NCBI GenBank assembly: GCA_002336485.1
Contig: DDCZ01000048.1
Coordinates: 115,801 to 179,800, forward strand
Direction of reading: 5' to 3'
DNA: 64,000 nt
Source of the DNA: Flavobacteriales bacterium UBA1993
GTDB lineage: Bacteria; Bacteroidota; Bacteroidia; Flavobacteriales_G; Salibacteraceae
The position numbers were made by a program, and so were the translations under genes. Below the pieces are notes generated by a model. It ran no database searches. It was given only the letters and a program-made list of their open reading frames with translations, and was not told the DNA's origin. Position 1 is the stretch's first letter, and every line of letters starts with the position of its first letter. This document shows positions 26,773 to 36,026 of this stretch, one piece after another.

Positions 26773-27504
26773 CTACAACGCCATCATCTCCTTGAGTTTC
26801 ACACTTTGCCTTCTCGATACTTCAATCTTTGTTCCATCTTTTAGAATGACAAGTAATCCGCCATTAAACCAGGTTTCAACTTTTTCCACCCAACGGAGAT
26901 TAATAATGTGTTTTCTACTTGCTCGGAAAAAGAATTTTTCGCTCAATCTGTCGGTGAGTGCGTTCAAGGATTTTAAAATCAAAGGACGTTGATCGTCAAA
27001 ATAGACGCGCACGTAATTTCCTTCACTTTCAAATAATCGAACTTTATCTAGTTCTACGAACCAGCATTTCTCGCCATCCTTCAAGAATACTTGATCCTTG
27101 ATGTCGAGCTTTCCATCGCCCACAGGCTCGGCTTGATTTTGGCGATCTGCAATGCGCTTTTTCACTTTGATCAAAGATTCTCGAAGCCGTTCTTCCTCTA
27201 CGGGTTTCATTAAATAGTCGAGGGCATTTACTTCGAATGCTTTGAGGGCGTATTCATCGTATGCGGTTATGAAGATCACCTCTGGTGCCTTCCCATCTAG
27301 CTCATCCAATAATTCAAAACCGGTTTTTCCAGGCATTTGAATATCCAGGAGAAGTAGGTCGGGGTTTTCCTTTTCTATGATGTCCAAGGCTTCGTCTACG
27401 ACGCCGGATTCAGCCACGACTTCGATGTCGCTGATGTTTTCTAACAAGGACTTGATTTCTTGACGTGCGAGTCGCTCGTCATCTATGATCATAGCTCTAA
27501 TCAT
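26773..27504 (-). CDS. LytTR-family response regulator
   Basis: Receiver domain (IIDDERLARQEI, LLLLDIQMPG) plus a C-terminal LytTR DNA-binding domain; 243 aa. Confidence 0.9.
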   Translation of the reverse strand: MIRAMIIDDERLARQEIKSLLENISDIEVVAESGVVDEALDIIEKENPDLLLLDIQMPGKTGFELLDELDGKAPEVIFITAYDEYALKAFEVNALDYLMKPVEEERLRESLIKVKKRIADRQNQAEPVGDGKLDIKDQVFLKDGEKCWFVELDKVRLFESEGNYVRVYFDDQRPLILKSLNALTDRLSEKFFFRASRKHIINLRWVEKVETWFNGGLLVILKDGTKIEVSRRQSVKLKEMMAL

Positions 27505-28532
27505 GTTGTTGATATTGGTAAATGAATATGTGTTTTAACGGATCCGGAATCTGTGTTTCCGATGGTGAGCCAGGCGTTCTTTCCAAAACTCAAATCCAAT
27601 CGATTTCGTGTGTTTTCCAAACCCAAAGATGAAGTTGCTTCCGGCGATGGAATGTACTCCCCGTCGTTCAAGACGTTAATTTCTACATGGTCCGAATGAC
27701 GTATAGTTTGAACTAAAATGGCCCCACCCTTTGGCAATTTCGCAATCCCGTGCTTGATGCAGTTCTCCACAATTGTCTGCAGAATAAGTGGTGGTATTTG
27801 GATGGATAAGGTTGAATCGTCAATGTCCATGTTGATTGTTAACCGCTCCTCATATCGCGCCTTTTCAATTTCCAGATAATCGTGGACTATTTGAAGTTCC
27901 TTTTTCAATTCAATAAACTCTTGCTTGCCCGTTTGAAGTGAGCTGCGCAATACATTGCTAAGCTGAGTTACGGCCTTTTTCGCCTTTTTAGGATCTTCTT
28001 CAATCAATGCACGAATGGTGTTCATTGCGTTAAAAATGAAGTGTGGGTTCATCTGGTCGCGAAGCCTGCGAAGCTCATACTCGTTGCGGGCTGCCTCGAG
28101 CTTTAAATTTTTGATTTCCTCTTTTCGATAGCGTTGGAAGAAGATGTATGCGAAGTAAATGAGGTTCCAAATGAAGAAGAGCATACCCCAAGCAAAAAGG
28201 TTCTGATCATTCCACAAGAACTTTAATGTCCATCCAAAAATCAAATTTCCGATATGGATATAGGCAAAGTGAAATGCGATGGCCAACAAAATGCACGCTG
28301 CAAGCACACGGGGAACCAACCGGAAAAGATCCAAGTTTAACCAGCCGAGATTTATTAGGATAGAGCGGTAGAAATGGGTCACGGTGAGTCCCAACGCAAA
28401 TACTAGGTAGATCCCTCCAATGGCACCAATGGTGATGTCGTCACCAGACATGATGAAAACACCTGTAGATGCTAAGATGTACAGTGACCACCCTACAATT
28501 TGTGCCTTATAATAGTTTCTAGACGGAGCCAT
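27501..28532 (-). CDS. Sensor histidine kinase, LytS/YehU type (polytopic N-terminus, His_kinase plus HATPase domains)
   Basis: NPHFIFNAMNTIRALI (His_kinase family) and VENCIKHG (ATPase), with 5-6 N-terminal TM segments. I prefer the ATG at 28532; the longest ORF starts at TTG 28562. ATGA overlap with the regulator gene. Confidence 0.85.
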   Translation of the reverse strand: MAPSRNYYKAQIVGWSLYILASTGVFIMSGDDITIGAIGGIYLVFALGLTVTHFYRSILINLGWLNLDLFRLVPRVLAACILLAIAFHFAYIHIGNLIFGWTLKFLWNDQNLFAWGMLFFIWNLIYFAYIFFQRYRKEEIKNLKLEAARNEYELRRLRDQMNPHFIFNAMNTIRALIEEDPKKAKKAVTQLSNVLRSSLQTGKQEFIELKKELQIVHDYLEIEKARYEERLTINMDIDDSTLSIQIPPLILQTIVENCIKHGIAKLPKGGAILVQTIRHSDHVEINVLNDGEYIPSPEATSSLGLENTRNRLDLSFGKNAWLTIGNTDSGSVKTHIHLPISTT

Positions 28533-28623
28533 TACTTTCAAATGTAGGTGCGACCAATGCAAATAATTAGAAGTTTACATGATTGGGTGCGATTATGGAA
28601 CAACGGTAAATAACTTTGCTCTT

Positions 28624-29208
28624 GTGAATTACCTCGCTCATTTTTACCTGGCACACCCCGAACCAAACCTGATGTTTGGAAATTATATTGGAGATGGTGT
28701 GCGTGGGGCAACGTTCAATTCCTTTTCAGAAGGTGTGCAACGCGGCATCCGTTTTCATCGATTCATCGATACCTACACAGACACGCATGAAGTTGTAAAT
28801 GAAGCTAAAAGGCTTTTTTATCCGACGCAATCGAAATTTAGCGCCGTTGTTGTGGATGTCCTATTCGATTATTTCTTAGCCAATAACTGGAATCAATACT
28901 CGGGTATAGAATTAAGCGTCTTCTCACAAGAGTGCTACGATACCATTGCGAATCACTCGGAGTCAATGCCGGCAAGGTCGGCTCGGTTTTACCAATACAT
29001 GGTCTCGAATAATATTCTTGAAAAATATAAGTCTACAAGCGGCATAACCGAGGTGTTTCGTGGAATGGATTCGCGCACCAAATTCACGTCAAACATGCGT
29101 AATTCGATTCAGGATTTGGAAGCGTTTCACGATAACGTAGATCTCGCATTTCACCAGTTTTTCCCTGACTTAAAGTTAGCTACGAAAAAATGGATGGAAG
29201 AGAATTAG
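28624..29208 (+). CDS. acpH: Acyl carrier protein phosphodiesterase
   Basis: VNYLAHFYLA matches the canonical AcpH N-terminus (MNFLAHLHLA type) if the GTG at 28624 is the start. The alternative is the ATG at 28579. Confidence 0.65.
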   Translation: MNYLAHFYLAHPEPNLMFGNYIGDGVRGATFNSFSEGVQRGIRFHRFIDTYTDTHEVVNEAKRLFYPTQSKFSAVVVDVLFDYFLANNWNQYSGIELSVFSQECYDTIANHSESMPARSARFYQYMVSNNILEKYKSTSGITEVFRGMDSRTKFTSNMRNSIQDLEAFHDNVDLAFHQFFPDLKLATKKWMEEN

Positions 29209-29210
29209 AA

Positions 29211-29864
29211 ATGGAATTGGTGGTGTCTGATGATGGCTCTCACACGATTCGAATTCCATCGCTTAAGGAACACTATCATTCTCACAAGGGAGCTATCCAA
29301 GAATGTGCACATGTGTTTATCAAAATGGGGTTGGAGCAATTCCCTGAGGATGCCTCATTACGTATTTTTGAAATGGGATTTGGCACAGGATTGAATGTGC
29401 TTATGACAGCTATCAACGCAAGGTCAAGAAGTATCTACTACAAGTCTATTGAGGCATTCCCTTTAGATCGCGATATGATTTCTCGGTTGAATTATCCTGC
29501 ACAAATCGGCACCAGCGAGGCTATTCGGCTTTTCGGTGATATTCATGACGCCAATTGGCAATTAGATGTTAAGTTGATCGAGAATTTCGTGCTTCACAAA
29601 CAGCATACTGGTTTGCAAGAGCTAGAGTCTGAGACGGGTTTCGACCTCATATACTACGATGCATTTGCACCGCATGCTCAACCAGAACTATGGACTATGG
29701 ATGTCTGGAACAAACTTTTCGAAATGATGAATCCGGGTGGAATTCTTGTTACGTATTGTGCGAAAGGGCAGGTAAGGCGTGACCTTCAATCTGCTGGTTT
29801 TGATGTAGAACGGCTACCTGGACCTCCTGGAAAGAGGGAAATGCTCAGGGCTCAGAAGGCTTAA
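29211..29864 (+). CDS. tRNA (mnm5s2U34) methyltransferase, MnmC C-terminal-domain / MnmD-like
   Basis: DDGSHTIRIP...EHYHSHKGAIQE and SAM motif IFEMGFGTGLN. The ATG at 29211 lies 2 nt after the acpH stop. Confidence 0.75.
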   Translation: MELVVSDDGSHTIRIPSLKEHYHSHKGAIQECAHVFIKMGLEQFPEDASLRIFEMGFGTGLNVLMTAINARSRSIYYKSIEAFPLDRDMISRLNYPAQIGTSEAIRLFGDIHDANWQLDVKLIENFVLHKQHTGLQELESETGFDLIYYDAFAPHAQPELWTMDVWNKLFEMMNPGGILVTYCAKGQVRRDLQSAGFDVERLPGPPGKREMLRAQKA

Positions 29865-29872
29865 GGATAGCT

Positions 29873-30460
29873 TTATTCAGCAAGCATAAATCCGGGGTCG
29901 AATCGCTTCTCCACCATCTTTTCAATTTTTTGAAACAGCTGTAGCGGTCGAAAAGTGGTCCATTCAAAATCGTTGAGTGCTCCTCCGTATATGAGGTAGT
30001 TGTCAATGCCCGTTGATGTAAAGTCATTGAGCACATGCTGTCGAAAGTTAAGCGCTGCTATCCAACCGTCTTCGACGTCCTCAAACCACTCTTCGTAATA
30101 GCAGTCATCAGAACTATGAAAGTTCATGACGCTTTCGCCAACGATGATGAACTTATTGATTCCCGCATCAATTAAAGCGTCAATAATATCACGCTTCAAT
30201 GTCATGATATCATTATTCAAGGTGTCATTCCATTCGCCGATGAGTTCAATTATCGCGAATTGATCTTCATATTCTACGTAAAGAATTTTGATAAATAGAG
30301 TTGCTGATCCTATGTTGTCCCACTGAGGATGAATGTAGTGGTCGTAGATTGCGTCCGTATAGAACGTCTCTGAATATTCCCTCCCGTAAAACGGGGATTG
30401 CTCGTCCAGTTCGGCCGCATAGAGGTTTCTCCAATTCCAATATGGTTCAATTGTGTGCAT
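29873..30460 (-). CDS. Conserved hypothetical acidic protein with a STAS-like central segment
   Basis: 195-aa ORF. FAIIELIGEWNDTLNNDIMTLKRDIIDALIDAGINKFIIVGESVMNFHSSDD resembles the SpoIIAA/STAS pattern. That resemblance is my inference only. Confidence 0.55.
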   Translation of the reverse strand: MHTIEPYWNWRNLYAAELDEQSPFYGREYSETFYTDAIYDHYIHPQWDNIGSATLFIKILYVEYEDQFAIIELIGEWNDTLNNDIMTLKRDIIDALIDAGINKFIIVGESVMNFHSSDDCYYEEWFEDVEDGWIAALNFRQHVLNDFTSTGIDNYLIYGGALNDFEWTTFRPLQLFQKIEKMVEKRFDPGFMLAE

Positions 30461-30523
30461 TCAGTTATTCGAAGAAAGCTTTTAAACGTAACACTTCCGA
30501 AGATTGTTTTGATGTTTTAAACT

Positions 30524-31333
30524 TTAACTCTGATGCGCAAGAACGGCGTTCCTTACACTGCCTTCTTCCAAAAGCAATTTGTTTGCTGCATCGTACTTCA
30601 ATCCGGTTTCCGCCATGACCATTTTTGTGCCTCGGTCTACCAATTTGTCGTTGCTGAGCTGCATGTCAACCATTTTATTTCCCTTGACTTTCCCAAGTTT
30701 GACCATCACGGATGTCGTAATCATGTTAAGGGTCAGTTTTTGAGCTGTTCCCGCTTTCATTCTCGTGCTGCCCGTCACAAACTCAGGTCCAACAATTACC
30801 TCAACTGGAAAATTCGATACGTGTGAAACCGGGGAGTCGGGGTTACATGTTATACACCCTGTAGCGATCCCTTTTTCCTGGCAAGCACGCAGCCCGCCCA
30901 CGACGTAAGGCGTACTGCCGGAGGCTGCGATGCCAACTACAACATCCTTGTCGGTAATGTCATACCCCATCATGTCTTTCCACGCCTGAGTAGGGTCATC
31001 TTCGGCAAATTCAACTGCTTTTCGAATGGCGCCATCGCCTCCCGCGATAATTCCTATTACCACTCCATGTTCAACACCATAAGTGGGCGGACACTCGCTT
31101 GCATCGACAATGCCTAGTCGGCCACTGGTGCCGGCTCCGATGTAAAACAATCGACCACCTTTTGAAAGTCGATCGTGTACACAATTAGTGAGTGATTCGA
31201 TTGCTTGTATGGATTTTTCTATCGCCAACGGCACCGTTTTGTCCTCTCGATTCATGTTCTTCAACAATTCGAGGGTGCTCATTTTTTCAAGTTGATCGTA
31301 ATTCGAGCTTGATTCGGTAATCCTTTGTGTCAT
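30524..31333 (-). CDS. murQ: N-acetylmuramic acid 6-phosphate etherase
   Basis: SIS domain with GAGTSGRLG, plus a C-terminal MurQ-type tail; 269 aa. Confidence 0.9.
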   Translation of the reverse strand: MTQRITESSSNYDQLEKMSTLELLKNMNREDKTVPLAIEKSIQAIESLTNCVHDRLSKGGRLFYIGAGTSGRLGIVDASECPPTYGVEHGVVIGIIAGGDGAIRKAVEFAEDDPTQAWKDMMGYDITDKDVVVGIAASGSTPYVVGGLRACQEKGIATGCITCNPDSPVSHVSNFPVEVIVGPEFVTGSTRMKAGTAQKLTLNMITTSVMVKLGKVKGNKMVDMQLSNDKLVDRGTKMVMAETGLKYDAANKLLLEEGSVRNAVLAHQS

Positions 31334-31477
31334 GCGTGCTGCTTTATCTAAAGCAAATGAAGGTCACTTTTCCGCGCATTTCATGCGAAGTCATTGGAAC
31401 TTTTCAACTGTATACCTTAGATGACAATGCACCCCGTTATTTTTCCATTGATTTGTCATTGAATGATTTCCGAGTAA

Positions 31478-32980
31478 TTGAAACAATTCTCCCTTCATAA
31501 TGTAGCCTCTGGTTTGGCCTTCACGGCCTTGGCCATTGTCGTGGCCATGGTTATGTTCAAATTCAATTTTGTCTATACCGATAGCGACCAATGCATCATG
31601 TGGTACGGTTGCTCAGAATTTCAGTCGGGAAACATTCATATGCTACGCTACTTCGGACAAGACTATGGGTCAATGATTGAAGCTATGTTGGGAGCGATCA
31701 CAGGACTGTCTCATTATTACATTGTGCTGCCCCTTATATCTATGTTGCTGCTCTTATTGCCCTACTATATTTCCACCCGAAACGCAGAGAAGGGTTTGAC
31801 TTGGATGCTCCCGACAGCTTTTTTACTCTTATTGCCCATAGAATTCTTCATGCTGGGATTCATGCCCCGCGACTTTGTTACGGGTATTGCCTTTACATCC
31901 CTTGCGATACCGCTTATTGAAAAACGTGTGGGTTGGAGTCAGTTTATTCTTGGATTCATATGCGTTTCGGGCTGGTCTATCCAGCAAAATGCGGCATTGT
32001 TGGGAGCAGTGATAAGTGTAATTGCTGTTTTTAAATCCAATAAAATCGACGTCAAATCGGTCCTAATTGTTGGTGGAGGTTATCTAACAGGCGGGCTCAT
32101 GCATTTTTTAGGCAGCGCATACTTTGATGCTCACCCCGAATTCATTGTCCACCACGCCTGGGATTTTCACTACGCTTGGAAACAACTAATGGATGGTTGG
32201 AGAAACCTCGATCGACATTTTGCCTGGATCACACCGCTCCTTCACGGTCAAGGATGGTTTTTTTTAGTGCTGTTGGTTGGATCAACATTGTGGGCTTATT
32301 GGAAAAAGAAATGGGACGTGTTTGCCGCACTTATTGCACTCATCATGTTGACGTATTTCAGCTTTGGAGTGCTGAAAGTTCATGATGGACGAGACAGTGT
32401 TTTCTTCAGCCACGAACGCATGTTTTTAGCAGTGCCAGTGGCCTTACTGCTTTGTATCTCTAGATTGGGGTTGAGTAGGCGGACAGTTTATTTGATGATA
32501 GTAGCAGGAGGCCTGCTGAGCGTTTCATCCCTATTCCAATTCAATTCCAAAATCGATTTTCACACGAATGATGCAAGAGATCATGTGGTTCGAGTAATGC
32601 CTGTTTCAAGGTTCTATGAAACGTGCGCTGAATTAAATGATCTCGCGACCCAGGAGCAGACTACGCTGGTGCTTATCGGGCCAGTTAGCAACCAAGTTGG
32701 ACCTATGATAGCAAGCGGGTTTAATAGCTTGTATGATTCCCCGAGCGTTCTTTTTCCAGGTTATGAGCGAAAAACGTGGGATATGCGTGAATTAGACGCT
32801 TCTCGGATGGATCGATTTCTTTGGATGTTGAATAAAGATGTGGTTCCAAAGTCGGATGCTAACATGCAGGTAAAACTGGTGTCGAAAGGCGAGGAGACAA
32901 ACATCTGGTTGGTGTCGGGTGATAAAATAGCTCCGCTGGATGTGTATAGGGAAAACGGCTATGAACCCAGCTCTTATTGA
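31478..32980 (+). CDS. Polytopic membrane protein (about 11 TM plus a C-terminal soluble domain of about 130 aa); possible GT-C-like glycosyltransferase
   Basis: 500-aa ORF that is hydrophobic over roughly residues 10-350. The acidic DSD lies in the first predicted loop. TTG start at 31478 (next in-frame ATG at 31547). The stop overlaps the start of the next gene (TTGA). Confidence 0.6.
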   Translation: MKQFSLHNVASGLAFTALAIVVAMVMFKFNFVYTDSDQCIMWYGCSEFQSGNIHMLRYFGQDYGSMIEAMLGAITGLSHYYIVLPLISMLLLLLPYYISTRNAEKGLTWMLPTAFLLLLPIEFFMLGFMPRDFVTGIAFTSLAIPLIEKRVGWSQFILGFICVSGWSIQQNAALLGAVISVIAVFKSNKIDVKSVLIVGGGYLTGGLMHFLGSAYFDAHPEFIVHHAWDFHYAWKQLMDGWRNLDRHFAWITPLLHGQGWFFLVLLVGSTLWAYWKKKWDVFAALIALIMLTYFSFGVLKVHDGRDSVFFSHERMFLAVPVALLLCISRLGLSRRTVYLMIVAGGLLSVSSLFQFNSKIDFHTNDARDHVVRVMPVSRFYETCAELNDLATQEQTTLVLIGPVSNQVGPMIASGFNSLYDSPSVLFPGYERKTWDMRELDASRMDRFLWMLNKDVVPKSDANMQVKLVSKGEETNIWLVSGDKIAPLDVYRENGYEPSSY

Positions 32981-34872
32981 TCACACTTGCCTCATATCCA
33001 AGGTCTGGAAACACGTTTCTACGCAATGTGCTTTTTGAGGTTTATGGACTAGAATCATCGACCTTCCACTTCGAAGCTCATGGCGCCGATCCAGATTGGG
33101 AAAAAGCGGCCATAGTCAAGACGCATCAATTACCCCATGAATTGCCGGATATACTTCTGGGTGCTAAGGTTGTATATCTGGTTCGAGATGGGCGAGATGC
33201 CGTTGTTAGCTTAGCGCACCACCGTAAGGATATTTTTGATTCGGGGTCGAGCCTTGATCAGAATATGCTTGAGGCGATGAATGCCGACGAGGGAAGTTAT
33301 TTTGGGGGCTGGACAAGACACGTATTGTCGTGGTATAAACGGGCCGATTTGATCATAAGATTCGAAGATTTGATTGCCGATCCCATTCGAGAATGCGAGC
33401 GATTAAGAGGGATCTTGGACTTGCCTAAACCAAAAAAAGACGCACCAACATTTTCTGATCTTAAATCTGGTCAGCCCGAATATGGGTCTGGAAAGTATCA
33501 CAGCAATAAAAACTTAGCATCGAACTGGTTTCGATCTGGTAAGGTGAATGGCTGGGAAACGGAAATGTCTGAGAGGCTTCAAACACGGTTTTGGCACTTA
33601 CATGGCGAAGCGATGGAGTATGCAGGCTATTCGATGAGCGGAGAGCCTGTCAATCAAACATGGTATGCCAAACCGTCTCCACCTATTTCTGTGCTCATTG
33701 AAGCGGGAAAAGTCACGGAACCCTTCACGGATGGAATAAAGAGGCTTGTGCTTGAATTATTAAGGACAAGCATCGAGTACCCCATTGAAAATGTGCGTGT
33801 TACTGCCCTAATAGATGGGAAATTTTTGACGCCTGAAGCAAGTCTCGAACTGGCCGGCCAAGGAAGATTAAGGTCAAACGGGACATTATTCAGAATAGGG
33901 AAACAGGTCCTGAACTTCCTACTTCCAAGCTACCTATACAACGCCCTTGCGCGCAAAGTGTCTTCGCAAAAATTAAGCGCCTCTAGACAGCGATTGATCC
34001 AATCATCGACTCACGCGGATTTTGATTTTGTGATCCTTACGCTTCCGCAACATTTCCAATTGATCGAGCATATCCAAACAAAAAAAACGATCGGAATCAT
34101 TCATGATTTAACGCATCGCGTCGTACCGGAATTTCACCAGGAAAACAATATTCGGTTGACGCAGCAAGGAATGGATTTCTTGGCCGAACGCAAAGCACAC
34201 ATGATTTCGGTTTCGAAATCAACCGCCTCAGACCTTGATCATATTGGGTTGGAATCAACCATGATTTATGAAGGGGTGAACCGTCAAATCTTCTATCCGA
34301 AAAATTCAGATCATTGGAAAAACCTCATTTTCGATAGGTATGAAATTCCCAGAAAAGAATTTTTGCTGAGCGTTTGCACCTTGGAACCCAGGAAGAATTT
34401 GAAGGGACTGCTTCGTGCATATTCACGGCTCGATCCAGCGTTAAGAAAGAAACATCCGATGGTCTTGGCTGGGCGAAAAGGCTGGCATTGGTCAACTTCC
34501 ATCGTTCCTGAGGAGTGCAGGACTGATGTCCATTTTATTGGGTTTGTTTCAGAAGCACACCTGTCAGCTCTCTACTCGAATGCCTGCGGCTTTTGTTATA
34601 TCAGCCATTACGAGGGCTTTGGACTTCCGGTCTTAGAGTCGATGGCTTGTGGATGTCCAGTTTTGGTTTCGAATAATACTTCTCTTGCAGAAATAGTGGG
34701 TGATTCTGGAGTGCAGGTTGATCCAAATTCTGAGGAAGCAATTAAAGAGGGGCTTCTGCAACTTCTCAATCCATTGAATAGGACGTCGCTGGCCGAAGCT
34801 GCACAAAAAAAAAGTTGGCAGTTTACGTGGAGTCAAATGTGGCGTCAGCTAGTGGCAAAGACCTTAAGCTAA
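32977..34872 (+). CDS. Fusion protein: N-terminal PAPS-type sulfotransferase domain plus C-terminal GT4-family (GT-B) glycosyltransferase
   Basis: Sulfotransferase motifs: YPRSGNTF (5'-PSB loop), IVKTHQ (catalytic His context), VYLVRDGRDAVVS (3'-PB) and FRSGKVNGWETEMS (RKGxxGxW-like). GT motifs: EPRKNLKGLLRAY and EGFGLPVLESMACGCPV. A TTG start at 32977 is required to include the PSB loop. Confidence 0.8.
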   Translation: MITLASYPRSGNTFLRNVLFEVYGLESSTFHFEAHGADPDWEKAAIVKTHQLPHELPDILLGAKVVYLVRDGRDAVVSLAHHRKDIFDSGSSLDQNMLEAMNADEGSYFGGWTRHVLSWYKRADLIIRFEDLIADPIRECERLRGILDLPKPKKDAPTFSDLKSGQPEYGSGKYHSNKNLASNWFRSGKVNGWETEMSERLQTRFWHLHGEAMEYAGYSMSGEPVNQTWYAKPSPPISVLIEAGKVTEPFTDGIKRLVLELLRTSIEYPIENVRVTALIDGKFLTPEASLELAGQGRLRSNGTLFRIGKQVLNFLLPSYLYNALARKVSSQKLSASRQRLIQSSTHADFDFVILTLPQHFQLIEHIQTKKTIGIIHDLTHRVVPEFHQENNIRLTQQGMDFLAERKAHMISVSKSTASDLDHIGLESTMIYEGVNRQIFYPKNSDHWKNLIFDRYEIPRKEFLLSVCTLEPRKNLKGLLRAYSRLDPALRKKHPMVLAGRKGWHWSTSIVPEECRTDVHFIGFVSEAHLSALYSNACGFCYISHYEGFGLPVLESMACGCPVLVSNNTSLAEIVGDSGVQVDPNSEEAIKEGLLQLLNPLNRTSLAEAAQKKSWQFTWSQMWRQLVAKTLS

Positions 34873-36026
34873 TCCGACTTTGGAGTATAGAGCATGGATG
34901 CCACGAAAAAGGCGAAGGTCATCATGCCTTTTTGTCGGCATAAGTAGTTTTCAGTTAGCATCACCAAGCCAAAAAAGAGAATGAAATATACCAGCGAGGT
35001 GTTTCCTTTTTTTCGACCGACATACCATAATGCCAAAATGAAGAGCGCGAAAAGCAGAAAGCCGAGAATACCCGTTGTGAGCCAGTAGTGTAGAAATTGA
35101 TTGTGGGTGTTGTATTCACCGTCGAAGAATTCGATCTGTTCATATTGACGATAACAATTGTCAAGAACTTCACGGCTATTTCCTGTACCAACACCCCAGA
35201 TTCCATTTTCTGAAACTGTCTCGGCGGTGCATTTCCAAATGCCTAAACGCAGGTCGGTAGATGACAGCAAATCACCTTTTTCATAACTCGTAGAAGAGCG
35301 GGTGATTTCTGAAAAGCGTTCACTTAGAACTGGGGTAAATATCAAGCCGATTATGCCTAAAAGTCCAATAAAAGTATAGGCGAATTTTTTAAGTGAAGAT
35401 TGACCGGATTCGACGATGAGAAAAGTGATCGCAGTGATGGTCATGGCTACGAGCGGCATTTTTCCTCCACTAAGAGATATCATGAATAGAAGCAGGAGTG
35501 AGATCGAGACCCTTCCTATGATTCGAATGGAAAACGATTTCCAAAGAACGAGCAAGGTTAAACACCAAATCAGTGTTAAGTATGTAGGATGTATGTGGAA
35601 AGTGGCATCGATGGTGTCTCTTAAATTCTGGCCAATCGACCCCTCGTTTATTGGACCAAGTGCAGAAAAATAAAACAGGAAGAGTAGAGCTAAGGCACTG
35701 TTAGTCCAAACGAAGGCCCTGGAGAAAAAAGGCCATTGAAATGGGCTTGATTTAAAATAGAAGAGCGCTGCGATCCAAATAAGCCAGTGCTTCACCTCTA
35801 ATCCGCCTGCTTTGGGTGTCCCAACCAATAGCCAGCCGATCAGGCTTATAAAAACGGGAATTAGAAGCCACCAGAATGAAACGTCGGGCCGAAATTGTTT
35901 TGGCTCACGGACTATACGAATCACCAAAAGAACAATGAGAGCGGATGTGGAAACGGCGTTTGGCCAAATCATGAATCCACTTAAAAGGACAAGAAGAAAT
36001 CGTTCGATTAAATCAAGCCATTTCAT
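34869..36026 (-). CDS. O-antigen ligase (Wzy_C/WaaL) family membrane protein
   Basis: About 10 TM segments with a periplasmic loop containing YNTHNQFLHYWLTTGILG (the H-N-x-f-L signature). Confidence 0.75.
   Translation of the reverse strand: MKWLDLIERFLLVLLSGFMIWPNAVSTSALIVLLVIRIVREPKQFRPDVSFWWLLIPVFISLIGWLLVGTPKAGGLEVKHWLIWIAALFYFKSSPFQWPFFSRAFVWTNSALALLFLFYFSALGPINEGSIGQNLRDTIDATFHIHPTYLTLIWCLTLLVLWKSFSIRIIGRVSISLLLLFMISLSGGKMPLVAMTITAITFLIVESGQSSLKKFAYTFIGLLGIIGLIFTPVLSERFSEITRSSTSYEKGDLLSSTDLRLGIWKCTAETVSENGIWGVGTGNSREVLDNCYRQYEQIEFFDGEYNTHNQFLHYWLTTGILGFLLFALFILALWYVGRKKGNTSLVYFILFFGLVMLTENYLCRQKGMMTFAFFVASMLYTPKSD

Noticed and set aside
28539-28618. TAnnTTTG matches at 28539-28546 (minus) and 28611-28618 (plus) in the HK/acpH divergent region
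   Set aside because: Each lies only 5-6 nt from the preferred start codon, which would imply leaderless mRNAs. They cannot be told apart from chance matches, so they are not reported as promoters.
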